64,000 bases of DNA from Hyaloraphidium curvatum SAG 235-1 (GCA_025558095.1 JAIVFI010000013.1:186001-250000); one strand, 5' to 3'; shown: positions 1 through 12,364, counted from the stretch's first letter. Program-made: numbers and translations. Notes: generated by a model not told the origin, from the sequence alone.

Positions 1-286
1 CACTCACGTTGCCCATTTGCCGGGGCTCGACGAGCATCAGTCCGGAAGAGGTTTCTGACGGCGGAGTCGGGGCCGTCGAGCGGCCGGTAAAGAAGGAGGC
101 GACTGGTGACGGGTGACAGGTTTGATCAGAAGGGCGAGGGCGGCGAAAGACCGGTCGAAGCTCACTGTCATCAAAAATGTTGGCCTGCGCTATTTGAGTG
201 CCTCCCAAAAGAATCAGGAGAGCTGCTCCAACCAGGCCGGAGGTCGGCGACCGAGGTCGGCCGGGACGCAAGCTCAGCAGCGCCAT
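1..286 (-). CDS. 5' part of a probable secreted protein; gene continues beyond the left edge
   Basis: ATG at 286; exons 286-166 and 102-8 with GTGAGC..CAG and GTGAGT splice sites give MALLSLRPGRPRSPTSGLVGAALLILLGGTQIAQA-NIFDDIASFFTGRSTAPTPP..., a signal-peptide-like N-terminus ending AQA. Confidence 0.6.
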   Translation of the reverse strand, partial: MALLSLRPGRPRSPTSGLVGAALLILLGGTQIAQANIFDDSELRPVFRRPRPSDQTCHPSPVASFFTGRSTAPTPPSETSSGLMLVEPRQMGNVS

Positions 287-1058
287 GGCGGGATCTTCGA
301 AAGCCAGTCCAGACGTTTTAAGACGCACCGAAAGCAGATTTGAAGCACGAGAATAGCCAATGCCGCGGGGAGGAATGGCGGAAAGCGAAGGTCAGTCAAC
401 GCTACGGCCAGGGTTGACAGGCGGGCACGGCCACCCCGCAAACAATGGCCCGCCGCCCCGGCCCTGCCGCACCGTAGTGGGCATTCAACTGCTAAGAAAC
501 AGCGGGGCGTGGTCGTCTCGGGCCGGCAGGCAGATCCGCACCGGGTGCGGCGGCACTGATCAAACTTGACACCTCACCTGACAAGGGTCGCGGCCGGCGA
601 AATCCGGGTCCGTGGCACCGGAAACAGGGCGGATCCCGCTATTGAAGGCTTGCCGAAGCAGCAGACGCGGCCCGCGGGGTATCCGACCGAGCGAAGGTGC
701 CGTGTTGACAAGGGTCGGAGTCCGGATCCGGAAGGTCGGACCAAGTTCGGCGACCTGCCTGCAACCGCAGCAGCGCCGGTGTAGCGCTGCCGTGGAGAGG
801 CGCCGGTTTAGGAGGGAGGAGGGAGATCCGTCCGCTCCTTGAACGTGTGAGGGCGCGGAGCAATTCGAAACAGTTGGTGTTGGCCGCGGCACGGAGCGCG
901 AACTCCGACTGGCCCGGCCGGGCGCCAGGGGGCTGATCCCCCACCAATGCCGCGCCAATGTACTTGTTCTGCCGATCTCCAATCAAATCTAGTTTCCAAC
1001 GAGCGTTTCGGGACGCACGTGTCCGCAAGCCCCTCCCAGCGTCACGCCAGCGAGCTGA

Positions 1059-2627
1059 TCAGAGCTTCGCCTTGGAGCCCACCGCCCCGGCGACCCTGAA
1101 GTACTCGTCCTCCAGCTTAAACCCGCCGCGCTTCTTGCCCCCGTTCACGCGGTCCAGGTAGGCCTTGAGCCGCTTCTTGAGGTCCTCGGATCCCTCGGGG
1201 ATCGGGGTGACGGCGCCGCCGTACGAGACAAAGTTGACCGAGGTCTCCGGGGGCGAGGTCGGGTTCTCGCTGAGCTCCACGATCCACTTGGACGCCCGCT
1301 CGAAGAAGACCTCGGTCTGCTTGAGGAAGCGGTAGAACTGGAACACGTGGACTTGGCTAGGGACAATGGAAACGGTCAGCAACAACGAAAGAGCTCCAAC
1401 GCCCAGAGACCTACTCCTCGTAGATGTCCACGGTGCAGTTTTCCCCGGCGCCCTCAATCCGCTTCACCACCATGGCGAGGTTCTCGCCGATGAGGCGGTC
1501 AGCGGTGGCCAGCGCCCAGAACTGCGGGGGCAGGTCGCCCTTGTTGTCCGCCAGCGGAGTGACCAGCGCGTCCGCCACCACGGACTCCTTGCCGGTGACG
1601 TACTCGGGCACGGGGGCGAAGCTCGAGTCGCTGATCACGTCGTTTTCGAACTCCTCCTTGATCACCCGGGTGGGCGAGCTGTTTGTGAGGTCGTTCCAGG
1701 GGCTGATGAGGATCAGGCCAGCGGGGCGGGGGATGTCCTCGTTCGAGCCGTGGTCGCGGACCTTTCGATAAGTCAGCGTGGAGCCGATGCAAGACAGCGG
1801 TGTCTGCTCACCCAGATGGCGGCCGCCTGGGCAAGGTTGCCTCCCGCCGAGTCGCCGCCGAAGAAGATCCTTTCCTCCGAAACACCGTCGTTGAGGAGAA
1901 GGTGCTTGTACGCGGAGATGGCGTCAGTGAGGGCGGCTGAAGACGGCGTGAGCGCTAAAGAGAGAAAAGGCGAGGAGGCAAGCTAACCAGGGAAGGGGTT
2001 CTCGGGGCTCAAGCTGTTCGAAAACAATTCAGTTCTCGCCGCCAAGCGGCGCACCACAGATGCTCACCGATAGTTGATGCTCACGACGCGCACTCCGTGC
2101 TGGGCGAAGCTGCTGGTGAGGCCCTGGTGGCTCTCGGCGCTGTTGTCGATGAAACCACCTGCCAGGCGCGTCGGAATCGGTCACGAAGGACAATCGCAGC
2201 ACATTGCGAGGCAACTTTACCTCCGTGGAAATACAGCAATGTGGGCAAATCGAACCCGGAGTGCGTGTTCGGGGGATCGAAGATCAGGGCGTCAATGTCG
2301 CCCGACGCCCCGTCCTCGAAGCCGGCCAGGGGCTCGCGACTGATCCTGCGGGCACACAAGCGTAAGGAACGGCCGTCGGGAGCCGTCCACAGTAGTCCCA
2401 CTTGATCTTCCGGATGTTGACTCCCTGCGCGACCTTGGGCGGGGGAATCGCGGCGGTGGCCTTCCGCTTCTCCGCCAGCGACATCCCGGGCTTGGGACGT
2501 CCCATGGCGATGTAGCTGGCATCGGGAGACCGCGTCTTCGGTCAGGAGGGCTCCGGCCCGTGGGGACGTTCCGGGAAGCGCACCGGATTTGCCGCTCATC
2601 CCAGGTCTTCGGGGGAACCGGAGCCAT
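1059..2627 (-). CDS. Alpha/beta hydrolase, HSL/abhydrolase_3 esterase-lipase, with C-terminal PTS1 (-AKL); multi-exon
   Basis: LLYFHGG oxyanion motif, IFFGGDSAGGNLA nucleophile elbow, YEE/QVHVFQ catalytic His region; ends GSKAKL*. Confidence 0.85.
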
Positions 2628-3131
2628 GCTGGCGCGCTTGTCGCTGACGGATGAGCAGGATGAAGGTGGAAACCGCTCCGAGACCGCGATTCGGTTCGCG
2701 GGGAGACGATGTTCACTTGGTCGTCTTCGGCCCGCGGCTTTTGCCGCCGGGACCACTCGCGCAAATCGTTCTATACTCCTAGGCCCTTTGGGCACGGCAA
2801 GGCAGCCGAAACCGAAAAATGGCAATGGTAGAAGAAGATAATCACGATCCAGATCTTCCCCTCTTCTCCATCCCCGGATGTGCTCGCACTTCGTCCGATC
2901 GATGGGGGGAGCTGCCACTGCCGCAATCTCAAGAGCTCCGAACCAATCCAGAGCAACACAACGACGAACGCCTCGTCGGCATGTTTCCTCGGCAAAAATC
3001 TCTGTACTACTGCCGTCCTACTGTGGTGAGCATCCTTGGTGGCCGCAGTTCAGGGCCTCGCAACACTCACTGTCACGCACGGCCTTCTGCCTCCCACCCC
3101 TTTCCCCGCGCAACAGCACCTCTAACGCACC

Positions 3132-3748
3132 ATGGCCTCGACCGCCGTCCTCCTCAAGACCTTCGGGTGCGCCACCCGCCGCTTCTACCACGGATTCCGC
3201 CCTGACGCTCACGCCAAACGCGCCCGCCGTTCTCGCTTCCGCGCCGCTTCGAATCGCCCACCGCCAGCGCATGTAAGCACCCGCAACCCCTCTTATCCAC
3301 CCGCACCTCACGTCCATCTCCCCGCAGACGTGATCGGCGCCGGCCTCGGGCTGACCTTCGCCCCCGCCACGCTGCAAAAGGTCATCGAAACCGTCCTCAA
3401 GCCCACCTCGCTGCCGGGCCCTTCGTTCAACGAGGAGACAGCGGGGACGCTGGGACCCGTCGTGACGGCGCTGGGGCTGTACTGTGCGTGCTTTCTTTCT
3501 CGCGCGGGGCGGCGGGCGCTGACGTTCTCCGCCTTTCGCCGGTGACACGCACAGACTACGGCGCCGGCATCGACGACAACACCGCCTTCGCGAAGCGCTC
3601 CGTCCCCGGCCGCGTGGCCTTTGCCGCCCTCCTGGCGATCAACTGGTACCGCGGCGTGATCCCGTCGGGGACCGCGGTGGTCTTCGGGGCCACCGACCTC
3701 GTGTTCGCGTACCTGACGCGCCAGTCGCTGCAGAAGGAGGGCAAGTAG
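3132..3748 (+). CDS. Small uncharacterised multi-pass membrane protein (3 or more exons)
   Basis: Spliced segments VIGAGLGLTFAPATLQKV..GPVVTALGLY / YGAGIDDNTAFAKRSVPGRVAFAALLAINWYRG..VVFGATDLVFAYLTRQSLQKEGK*; hydrophobic helices, GC3-rich codons, canonical introns. Confidence 0.6.
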
Positions 3749-3862
3749 GCCCCCCGTGGGGGCCGCTTAGGCGTACCCGTGCGGCGGGGGCTGTTTTTCG
3801 GTGTGCCTTCGTACGCATACATCGGGATATCGCTGCATCTGTTCCCCCCGTGCTCCGCCGCC

Positions 3863-6069
3863 CTAAACGACGGTGCTCCGCGTCCACTTGCCGTCCCCGG
3901 GCTGCGAGATCATGTCCAGCGGCAGGTCGTCGAGCAGCGCCTGCGCCATGGCCGGGTCGATCGTGAGCCGGTCTGCGGGCAACGGCGTCAGCGTCCCCCC
4001 CCATCCGCCCCGGCAACGGCGGCTCACAATCGCGGGTGGTCCCCTCGTCCGGATGGATGTGCTCGAAGTACTCGATCAGCCTCAGCAGCGGCAGCTCCCG
4101 GAACAGCTCCCTCGCGTAGACCTGCCTCCACCACGCCTGCGCCATTGCGAACCGCCCCGGCCCGGGGTCGGAATCGACGTAGTACGCGCACCCGGTCTCC
4201 ATGACCGCCATGGGGAGGTTGTACCGCTCCGCGAACATGGTGTAGAAGCGGTGCGGGTTGGTGCCCATGCGGCCGTCGAGGCCGTCGCGGAACTTGGTGG
4301 GGGATTCGGGGAGGAGGTTCTCCTTCCAGGGGTACTCGACGCCGTAGTCTGCGCAACCAATGGTCAACGGGCCGCGATGGGTGGTCGGGGAATGCGACCC
4401 ACGGTAGAACGACAGGCCGACCCAGTCGACGTACTCGGGCCCGGGGAAGTATGGCGTGAACGGGTCGTCCTCCCTGTCGATGACGCCGTTGCCGTTGGTG
4501 TCGAGCTCGGGGTCCCACTGCATGCCGTTGGCCCAGTAGTTGGGGATCACCGAGTTCTGCCGCCGCGGCCGTCAGCATCCGTCCAAACCGATCGCCGCCT
4601 CGGTCGGCCCGGCAACCCACCATGTGCCACACCAGCGCCGTCATCTCCCCCGCCACCGCCCTCACGGCCGTCGACACCCTCCTCCACGCCTCCCTGTACT
4701 TTTTCGGCTGCCCGCCGTACTTGTACCAGTACCCGTTCCCCTCGTGCCCAAAGTTGAGCAGGATCCGCAGGCCGCGGTCGTTGAGGTACCTGCACGCCTG
4801 GGCCAGCTGCCGCACCGAGACTTCCGTGACGCTGTCGAGGGCGCCGTCGGACTGCGGCATGGCGAAGAGCGCGAGGATGGTGGGGTACGGCAGGGCGAGC
4901 AGGGTTTCGGCGACCTTGTACAGGCCGTCGGTGGGGAAGTGGTCCGGGAACATGACAACGTAGGTGCTGCACGGGGGCGCTCGGGGTGAGCTTTCCGGCC
5001 TGCGTGCCGGCCGCGCGGACACCCACTTCCACAGCATCGGCCTGACCTTGCCCTGCATCCTCGAAATGTACCCCTCCGGCGTATCATCCCCGTCGATCGA
5101 CGCGCCGTAGATGAACCTGCCCATCCCCGGATCGAACAGCTTGCCCGTGTTGCCCGGCGCGTGGCACTCGCCCCTCAGCCTGACCTCGTCCAGGGTGTAC
5201 TCGGCGGCGGGCAGGTCCTCCCACGCCACGTGCTCGATCTGCGGCACGAGGCCCGGGGGGAACAGCGCGGCGAAGGAGACGAAGCGCGGGCCGGCGGGGG
5301 CGGGGTCGACGGGGAGGTAGAACCGCTGGCCGGCCAGGGTGGGCGAGGCGTCGCAGATCTTGACCGAGATGCCGTACGGGGAGCCGAGGGCGGGGCCGGA
5401 GAGGGTGAAGTTGATGCCGGTGTAGCGCTGGTAGGTCTGGAAGAACCCGCCGTCGCCCGAGCTTGCGGCCTCGTCGGAGGTGCAGGGCAGCTTGGTGAGC
5501 AGCCACGCGCGGCCGCCGGTGGTGGCGAACCGCAGCAGGCCGTCTGCGACCTGCGGCGGCGACGCCATGCCGTCGTGCATCCAGGGCAGGCCGAGGTCGT
5601 TTGTCGCCAGCGCGCCGGGGCGGCCAAAGTCGGCGACGACGAGGTCGGGCTGGCAGGTCGGGTTGGCGGCCTGCCGCGGCTCGAGCGCGCGGCGGGCGCG
5701 GCGGGAGGCCGGCTGCGGCAGCACGACGTGCTGGCGTGCTGTGCCTTCGTGTGACGCGCCTCGCGGGTTCGTGAAGATGGGCAGCCGCCTGTTCTTGCCC
5801 AGCGGCCGCACCAGGCCGTCTGCGGCGCGCACCATCGCGAGGCTGCCCAGCGCGTCCCCTTTCTGCGCAGCGCTGCCCGCCGGCAGCGCGGCGTGCCCGA
5901 GTGCGCCGCCGAGCAGCAGCCACGCGGCGCCGGCCGCCGCGGCAAACACGACGGCCCACGCGCCGCGGCCCGCGCCCCACTCCCGCTTGGTGTGCGACCC
6001 GCCCTCCTCGAGCAGGGGCGTGCGCAGCTTCTGCGGCGACGCCGGGGCGGAAGGCTGCACGCGGACCAT
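3863..6069 (-). CDS. Glycoside hydrolase family 26 (beta-mannanase-like) with N-terminal membrane anchor and an extra N-terminal beta-rich module
   Basis: LLNFGHEGNGYWYKYG (acid/base Glu), YFPGPEYVDWVGLSFY, PMAVMETG (nucleophile Glu); TM segment AWAVVFAAAAGAAWLLLGG; several GT-AG introns. Confidence 0.85.
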
Positions 6070-6624
6070 GGCGGCGGGCGCGGTTCGGATTCGTGGTCTG
6101 TTTGGGCCGGAGTGCCCCTGGGAGTGCCCAGCCACCTTCCGCGAGGATGGCCCGCCGCCTTCAATCCCGTGGCCGCATCTGCCACGTCCCAAGGGTCCCG
6201 GCCTCCATCTGCGTCCCCCGTTGTCATCCATTTCACCACGAAGCCCCGGGCTGCGCCGGCCCCGCGGCACTTCCGGCCCCCGCCCGCGTCAGCGGGGCAA
6301 CGCAGCCATCCGGCCGGCAGGCCGCGGACCGCGGGATCCATCCCTCGGGGTGTCTCGCAGATACCCAGCGGCTCGGGATGGCCATCGGGAGGAGGGCGGG
6401 CGAGGTCGTCGGCCAGCCATGCAAGCGCCGGAGTCGCTCCGGGGTTCAGCCGACGATCCGCGATCGATGCTCCGCACCGCACTCTCGAAACACTCCCGAC
6501 GCACCTTCCTCCCGCTCAAACGCCTGCAGCAGGTGCGCCGCCCGCGCCTCGCTTCCTGCCGCTCTGACTCCGGCCCCGCTATCTCCGCCGTCTCCGTCCC
6601 GTTGCCCCGGACCAGACCCGAAAC

Positions 6625-7037
6625 ATGCCGACGGCGAAGTGGAACGGCGCCGTGCTGGCCGAGGCCTCGGCCGACGAGATCCAGATGGTCGAGGGCAACG
6701 TGTACTTCCCCGCGGACAAGATCAGGAAGGAGTACTTCAAGCCCACGGAGACGCACACGACCTGCGGGTGGAAGGTGGGCCATCTCCCCGGCGGGCGGCG
6801 TACCGGAACGGCGGCTGACGGGAGGGACGGCAGGGCGTGGCGAGCTACTACACCGTCGAGGTGAACGGCAAGGCCAACAAGGACGCCGCGTGGTGGGCAC
6901 CCTCCTCCCCTCCCCCCTTCTTCCGCGAAACTGACCGGCCCCCCCGACGGTGAAGGTACTACCCGACGCCCAAGCCCGCGGCCAACAACATCGCCGGCTA
7001 CGTGGCCTTCTGGAAGGGCGTCGAGGTTTCCAAGTGA
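6625..7037 (+). CDS. DUF427 (NTP_transf_9) family protein, 3 exons
   Basis: MPTAKWNGAVLAE..VEGNVYFP..TTCGWKG/VASYYTVEVNG..DAAW/YYPTPKPAANNIAGYVAFWKGVEVSK*. Confidence 0.9.
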
Positions 7038-7272
7038 GCCCCGCGGCCGGGGATGGGGGACGGGGTTGACCACCGAGGCAGGCTGTGAGGGACGCGGGGC
7101 GGAGGGAGGAGCGGTCGATGGTACGCCGGCAGCTTCGCTGTACATAGACAAAAGAGAACGTCGATCACGTTGATGGCATCTTTCTCCATCTCCATTGCCT
7201 AGGGACGCTGACGCTGATGTCGTGATGTGGTATAAAGTGATGGGGGGATGGATTCGCTTCCTTCCCCCGATC

Positions 7273-9932
7273 ATGCCCGCCCTCCGGCGCAGCCCGCGGT
7301 CCGCGGTCGTCGCGGTGTTTGTCGGCGCGCGCCGCGTGGTGTGCGACGTCGCGCAGGGCGAGCTGTTTTTTGCGGCGGCGAAGCGCGCGGCGTGGGTCAA
7401 CGACGTGCCGCACGACGCGCAGGCCGCGCTCGAGGACGCGCTGCGGGAGGCGGTGCTGGCACGGCAGGCACCGGGAGCTGCCGGGGGCGTGTCAGCCAGC
7501 CCGCCCCGCCTGACGGCCATCCAGAAGCAGATCCGCGTGCAGGACATCGCGGACGCGTTCGCCCGCGGCCGCGCGCCCCCCGGCGGCACCGCGCCCGCCG
7601 ACGCGTTCCCCGCCGCCTACCACGCGCTGGCAAACTCGCCCGCGCCGCACGTGTTCGACACGCTGCTGTTCGTCGAGCGGGAGCTGGCGAGGCCGGTGGC
7701 GGACCTGCTGGCCGCCAGGGACGCCGCGCTGGCGGACCTCGCCGCGCGCCACCGCGAGGAGCTGCCGGCAAACGCCGTCGGTGCCGCCGGAAGCGCGCAG
7801 GGAATGGATGCCCCCGGTGCCGTTGCATCCCGGCACGCCGAGGAGATGGCCGCCGTCATGGACGCCTTCGCCTCGGCCCTGGCAGACCTCGACGCCTCCC
7901 AGCGCAGGCGCTTCCGCGCCCTCGTCTCGGCCCTGCACGCCGAATACGCCCGCGCCGTCGGCCCCGAGCGCGGCTCCGACGCCGAGCGCGACGCCGTCGC
8001 CCGGCTCGCGTCCGCGGACCCCGAGTTCGGCCGCCGGATGGTGCTCCGTGCGATGGACGCGTCGCAGTTTGGCGCTGCCGAAGGGCGGCTGCGCGATCTG
8101 GGCACCTCGGACGACGCGGGGATGCTCCCCGTGTCGCGGAGGGGAAGTTCGGTGCCGACGGTGCAGATGCAGAGCCTCGACGAGATCGCCGACGCCTCGG
8201 ACGAGGAGGAGGGCACCGAGGGCGAGGGGTCGCAGCCCCCCCGCAGGTCGCTCGACGGCTCGGCGTCGGCGGATTTCTCGGCGTCGGGGGACCATTTGTC
8301 GGAGCGGGACGCGGACGACGCCGACACGGCCGCGGAAACCGCCGCCTCCCGCTCGGCCGTCTCGCGGTCGCCTTCCCCCGGCCCGCCGCCCGCTCCCGCA
8401 CCGCAACCCTCCCCACCCACCGGCCCCGAAGACCGCGAGCTCGCCCGCCTCACCGCCGAGCTCGCATCCATGGGCTTCGACCCCCCGCTCGCCCAGGCCG
8501 CCCTCGAACTCTCCTCCCGCGACCCGGACCGCGCCGTCGCGCTGCTCCTCGAATCCCCGGACCGCGTCCGCGCGCACGCGGAGGACCGCGCGCGCCTCGC
8601 CGCCGCCCTCCGCGCACCGCAGCCCTCCCGCCCAGCCGCACCGCCAGCACCCCCGCCGGTGCCCGATAAACCCGACCCCAAATCCCGCTCCGTCAGCACG
8701 AGCTCCCTCGCCAAATGGCGCGAATCCCTGCAGGCCCGGCGCAGCCAGCCCTCGCTTGTCGCCCCCGCGGCCAGCAAACCCTCGCCGCCCCCGCCGCCAT
8801 CCAAGCCCGCCCCGCCCCCGTCCCCCGCCAAACCCGCCCCCGCCCCGCCCAAGCCCGCGACCCCGGAACCGCGCAGCCCGTCGCGCGAACAGCGGCCCCC
8901 CTCGCGCGGCGCGGACGAAGGCACCGCGAACCCGCTGCGCAGGCTGGGCACGCTGTTCGGCAAGCCCGGGACCGCGGCGGCGGGCGGGGGCACGAAGAAG
9001 GGCAAGGAGAAGGAAGGGGGGAAGGAGGAGGAGGCGTGGTTCGTTTGGGAACCGGACCTGTCAGAGTCGTTCACGGTGTGGCAGGGCACCCACGGTACGC
9101 CCACCGTCCCCCGCATGCATTGCACCGCGTTGCTGATGAACCCGTTCGTGCAGCCCGGACGATGTACAACCTCCGCCTGGCCGTCCTCCCCACTGACAAC
9201 CCCTTCCGCCCCCCGCGCCCGGCCGAGGACCTCCCCCTGCGCGCGCAGACCGCGCAGTCCCTCTATTCCCCCAGCCCCAGCGCTGCGGCGGTCGTCGTCA
9301 CCCGCTCCGAACTCGCCTCGTGGCGCGTGGCCGCCCGCCTGGCCCCGCGCACCTCGACGATCCTCGGCACCGGCATCCTGCGTACCATCTTCCGCGCCTC
9401 GCAGGCCACCACGGACCCGCACTTCCCCCCCCTCGCATCGCAACTCGCCCGCGCCGAATCCGACCTCGACCCCGACACCTTCGCCTCGCTCGCCGAAGGC
9501 GACGTCGTCCTCGCGCGCCACGGCAACCTCCCCCTCGTGCACATCACCTTCCTCCTCGTCATGGACGAGCGCGCACACCCGTCCCTGGGGGGCACCCCCG
9601 AACTGACCCCCCGCACCCCGCTCGTCGCCGGCTACAGGAACCTCCTCCGCGTCGCGGCCTCGCTGGGCGTCGGCGCGCTGCACGTCCCCGCGCTGCTCCT
9701 CCCCGACGCCCACCTCGCCGCACCGGTGGACTACGCGGCCATGCTGCGCCGCTTCGAGCAGGTGTGCCGGACCACGCGGAGCTTCATGGCCGAGCACGCG
9801 CGCGGGGCCGCGGCCGAGGGGGGCGAGAAGCGGAGCTGGACGTTCGTGCTGCCGCCCGCCAGGGGGGGGAAGGGATGGGAGGGGAGGTTCGGCGCGTTCA
9901 GGGACAGGTTCGCCGAGGTGTTCAGGGCGTAG
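7273..9932 (+). CDS. C12orf4 / FERRY3 (Fy-3, DUF2362) homologue with inserted UBA domain and Pro-rich linker
   Basis: LSESFTVWQG..ARTMYNLRL, GDVVLARHGNLPLVHITFLLV and PLVAGYRNLLRVA..LHVPALL match C12orf4 blocks; UBA-type LASMGFDPPLAQAALE..DPDRAVALLLE at about 8445-8553; one intron about 9095-9153. Confidence 0.8.
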
Positions 9933-10116
9933 GGGCATCTAATCTACACCCGGCCATGGCGCAGCCGGGTCCACAAGTCGTACGCCCGTCGTCGTCGCCG
10001 TAGCCTCCGCCGTCCGTCCGTCTTCCGCCGTGCGCCGCCCGCAATCCGTCCGCAAATAACCCCGCCGCCTCCGATGACCGTCCGTCCCTTTTTCGCCGCC
10101 ATCAACCCTCCGCGCC

Positions 10117-12364
10117 TTAGCCCCCCGTCACCTCCTCCCCCTCGCTCTCCTCCTCGTACCGCAGCGGCACCGGCACCGGGTAGTACGGGTACACCGGCCT
10201 CGCCATGCCCACCATCGGGTGCGTCGGGCGCGGGGCCTGGCAGCGGTAGCACGCCGTGCGGCTGGCGTAGTTGCTGCCGCGCAAAACCAGGGTCAGACGC
10301 ATGCGATCGGACGGGCGGAGAGCGGAGAAACGCACTGGTACTTGCAGGCCGGGTTGGGACAGTTCCAGTCCCCCGGTCTGTCGGTGGGCCGCGGCTTGGA
10401 CCCGTAGTGCCCGTCCGCCCTCGTCGGGTACGGCGCCGGCACCGCGACGGGGTAGGCCATCGGCGCCGGCGCGCGCGGGTAGTAACCCCCCACCAGCGCG
10501 ATGGTCCCCGACGAGAGGTGCGATCCCGAGCGGCAGGCGACGCATTCCATGCGGGAGGAGAAGTTGTTGACGCCGCAGACGCCGCAGATCCAGTCGCCGG
10601 GGAGCACCTTTTGCGAGAGGCGGGGGGGAGAGAAGCCGGGGTACTCGGCGCCGGGGAGGTAGACCGGGGGCCATTCGCCGTCGGCGGGCGACGGGGGCGT
10701 GCCGGCGTGGGGGAAGGGGAGAGGCTGCGGGAGGACGGCGATGGGCTGCACGGGGGCCCGCATGTCGTCGTAGGATCCGTCGGGGCGGAAGGGCGGGCGC
10801 ATGGGAGGGGGCTGGAAGCCGGCGCCCATGGGCCACGGCGCGAAACCGGGGTAGGCCATCGGCACCATGTGCGACGGCGGGAAGGGCGGCGGGCTCTCGG
10901 CGGGGTGCGGCGCGAGGCACTTGTTGCAGTGCCGCCGCGCGGCGTAGTTGGGGTAACCGCACGACGGGCAGCGCCAGTCGCCGGGCTTGGGCTCGCCGCG
11001 GCGCGGAGTCGACGGCTGCTCGGTGCGGGGGGTGGCGCGGGTGAAGGGGAGCAGCGGGTCCGGCGCGTCTCCGGGCGGCGCTGCGAGGATGGCGGCGCAG
11101 AGCTGGGCGATGGCAAGCGCGCGCTCGACGCCGCGCGAGTCGGCGTACGCCGAGGCGTTCGCGCGGGCCGAGGGCGGCAGCAGTTGCTCGAGCGGCGAGG
11201 GCGCCCCGGGCGGCGATCCCGAGCCGGGGCCGCTGGCGGGCACGCTCTGCGACACAAAGAGGCGAAGCTCGGCGGCGACGTCAAAGTACGCGTTCTGAAA
11301 GAGGGGGTTGCGGAGGCAGGGCGGGAAGGGCCGGTCAGTGATCGGTGATGGTGGCGGCGGCGAAAAGTGGCGAGAGGACGGCCAAAAGCGGGGGTCCGAA
11401 AACCCCAAACATCCGGGCCGGATGCAATGCAGGTGGACCATCGGAATCGCCAGAAACCGGTAAGACACCCACAAAGTACGCCGGAAGCCTCGCAAACGCC
11501 TCTGCTGCCTCCCCAGCCGCCGCCTTGTCGAAGAACCACGCCGCGTCGTGCACCACCAGGCACAGCGACCTGCCGTGCGCGATGATTGCGGACTGGAGCT
11601 CCCCGTCGAGTTCCGCGAGGGCGCGCGCGAGAGGGGCTAAGGCGCCAAGTCGAGGGACGGTCGAGGGATCGGTGGCGGGGGGATCGGCGATCGTCAGGTC
11701 CCTCACTCGGTCGGTTGCCGCAACGGGGCAACAAAGCCCACCGTTTCCGTCATCCTCGCCACTTTCCCTGCCCACGGGGATTTCCGAAGAGTACTCGATC
11801 GTGGCTGTGGGCACGTCGACGATGGCAAAGGCGATCGCGACCACCTGGGGCTCGCCGGGTTCCTGCAAAACGGGTAGACGCGGACGAGGAGAAGCGTCAG
11901 CGGCCGGACCGAATAAAATAACAGCAATGCAAGCCGGAAATCACCTCGTCTGCAGCGTGCGACGGCGGCTCGCAGCGCAGGGCCAGCGCGACCAGGCGGT
12001 CGAACGGGCACGCGTCGCAGATGCGCCTTGTGGCTACAGCCGGGCCCAAGGTACCCATCTCCAGGCCTGGAATAATGCCGTTGGCGGTTTTTGCGGCCTC
12101 GTTCCCGCAGCGGTCATCGGCCAGGGACAGCGCGTCGAGCGCGGCCGCGGCGTCGTCGTCCGGCCGGCCGGGGGCGGCCTGCTGCGCCACGGAGCGATTT
12201 TCCGGCGAGCTGCGCGGCATCTTCTGTCCTTTCGCGGCGTCTGCGCCGGCGGTCGGCGACCGCGGGGCGTCCCTCGCGGCGTCGTGCGGCCGCCGCAGCC
12301 GCGGGGGCTGCGCGTTGCGCGCCGCGCCGTTGGGCGCGCCGCCGCCGCGCTCTGATCCGGGCAT
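10117..12364 (-). CDS. RanBP2-type zinc-finger RNA-binding protein (3 fingers) with a degenerate N-terminal exonuclease-like domain (Nrp1-like); start uncertain
   Basis: GDWRCPSCGYPNYAARRHCNKC, GDWICGVCGVNNFSSRMECVAC and GDWNCPNPACKY/NYASRTACYRC; upstream exons FDRLVALALRCEP..QVVAIAFAIVDV..SLCLVVHDAAW. Confidence 0.75.

Noticed and set aside
6625-7037. DUF427 as a recent bacterial transfer or contamination
   Set aside because: It has two canonical introns and host-like codon usage, and the family is widespread in fungi
7617-9938. Very long antisense and alternate-frame ORFs (e.g. 7617-9938 -, 55493-57544 -, 9944-11734 -)
   Set aside because: R/P/G/A-rich shadows of real genes, expected from stop-codon scarcity at high GC3; no family motifs
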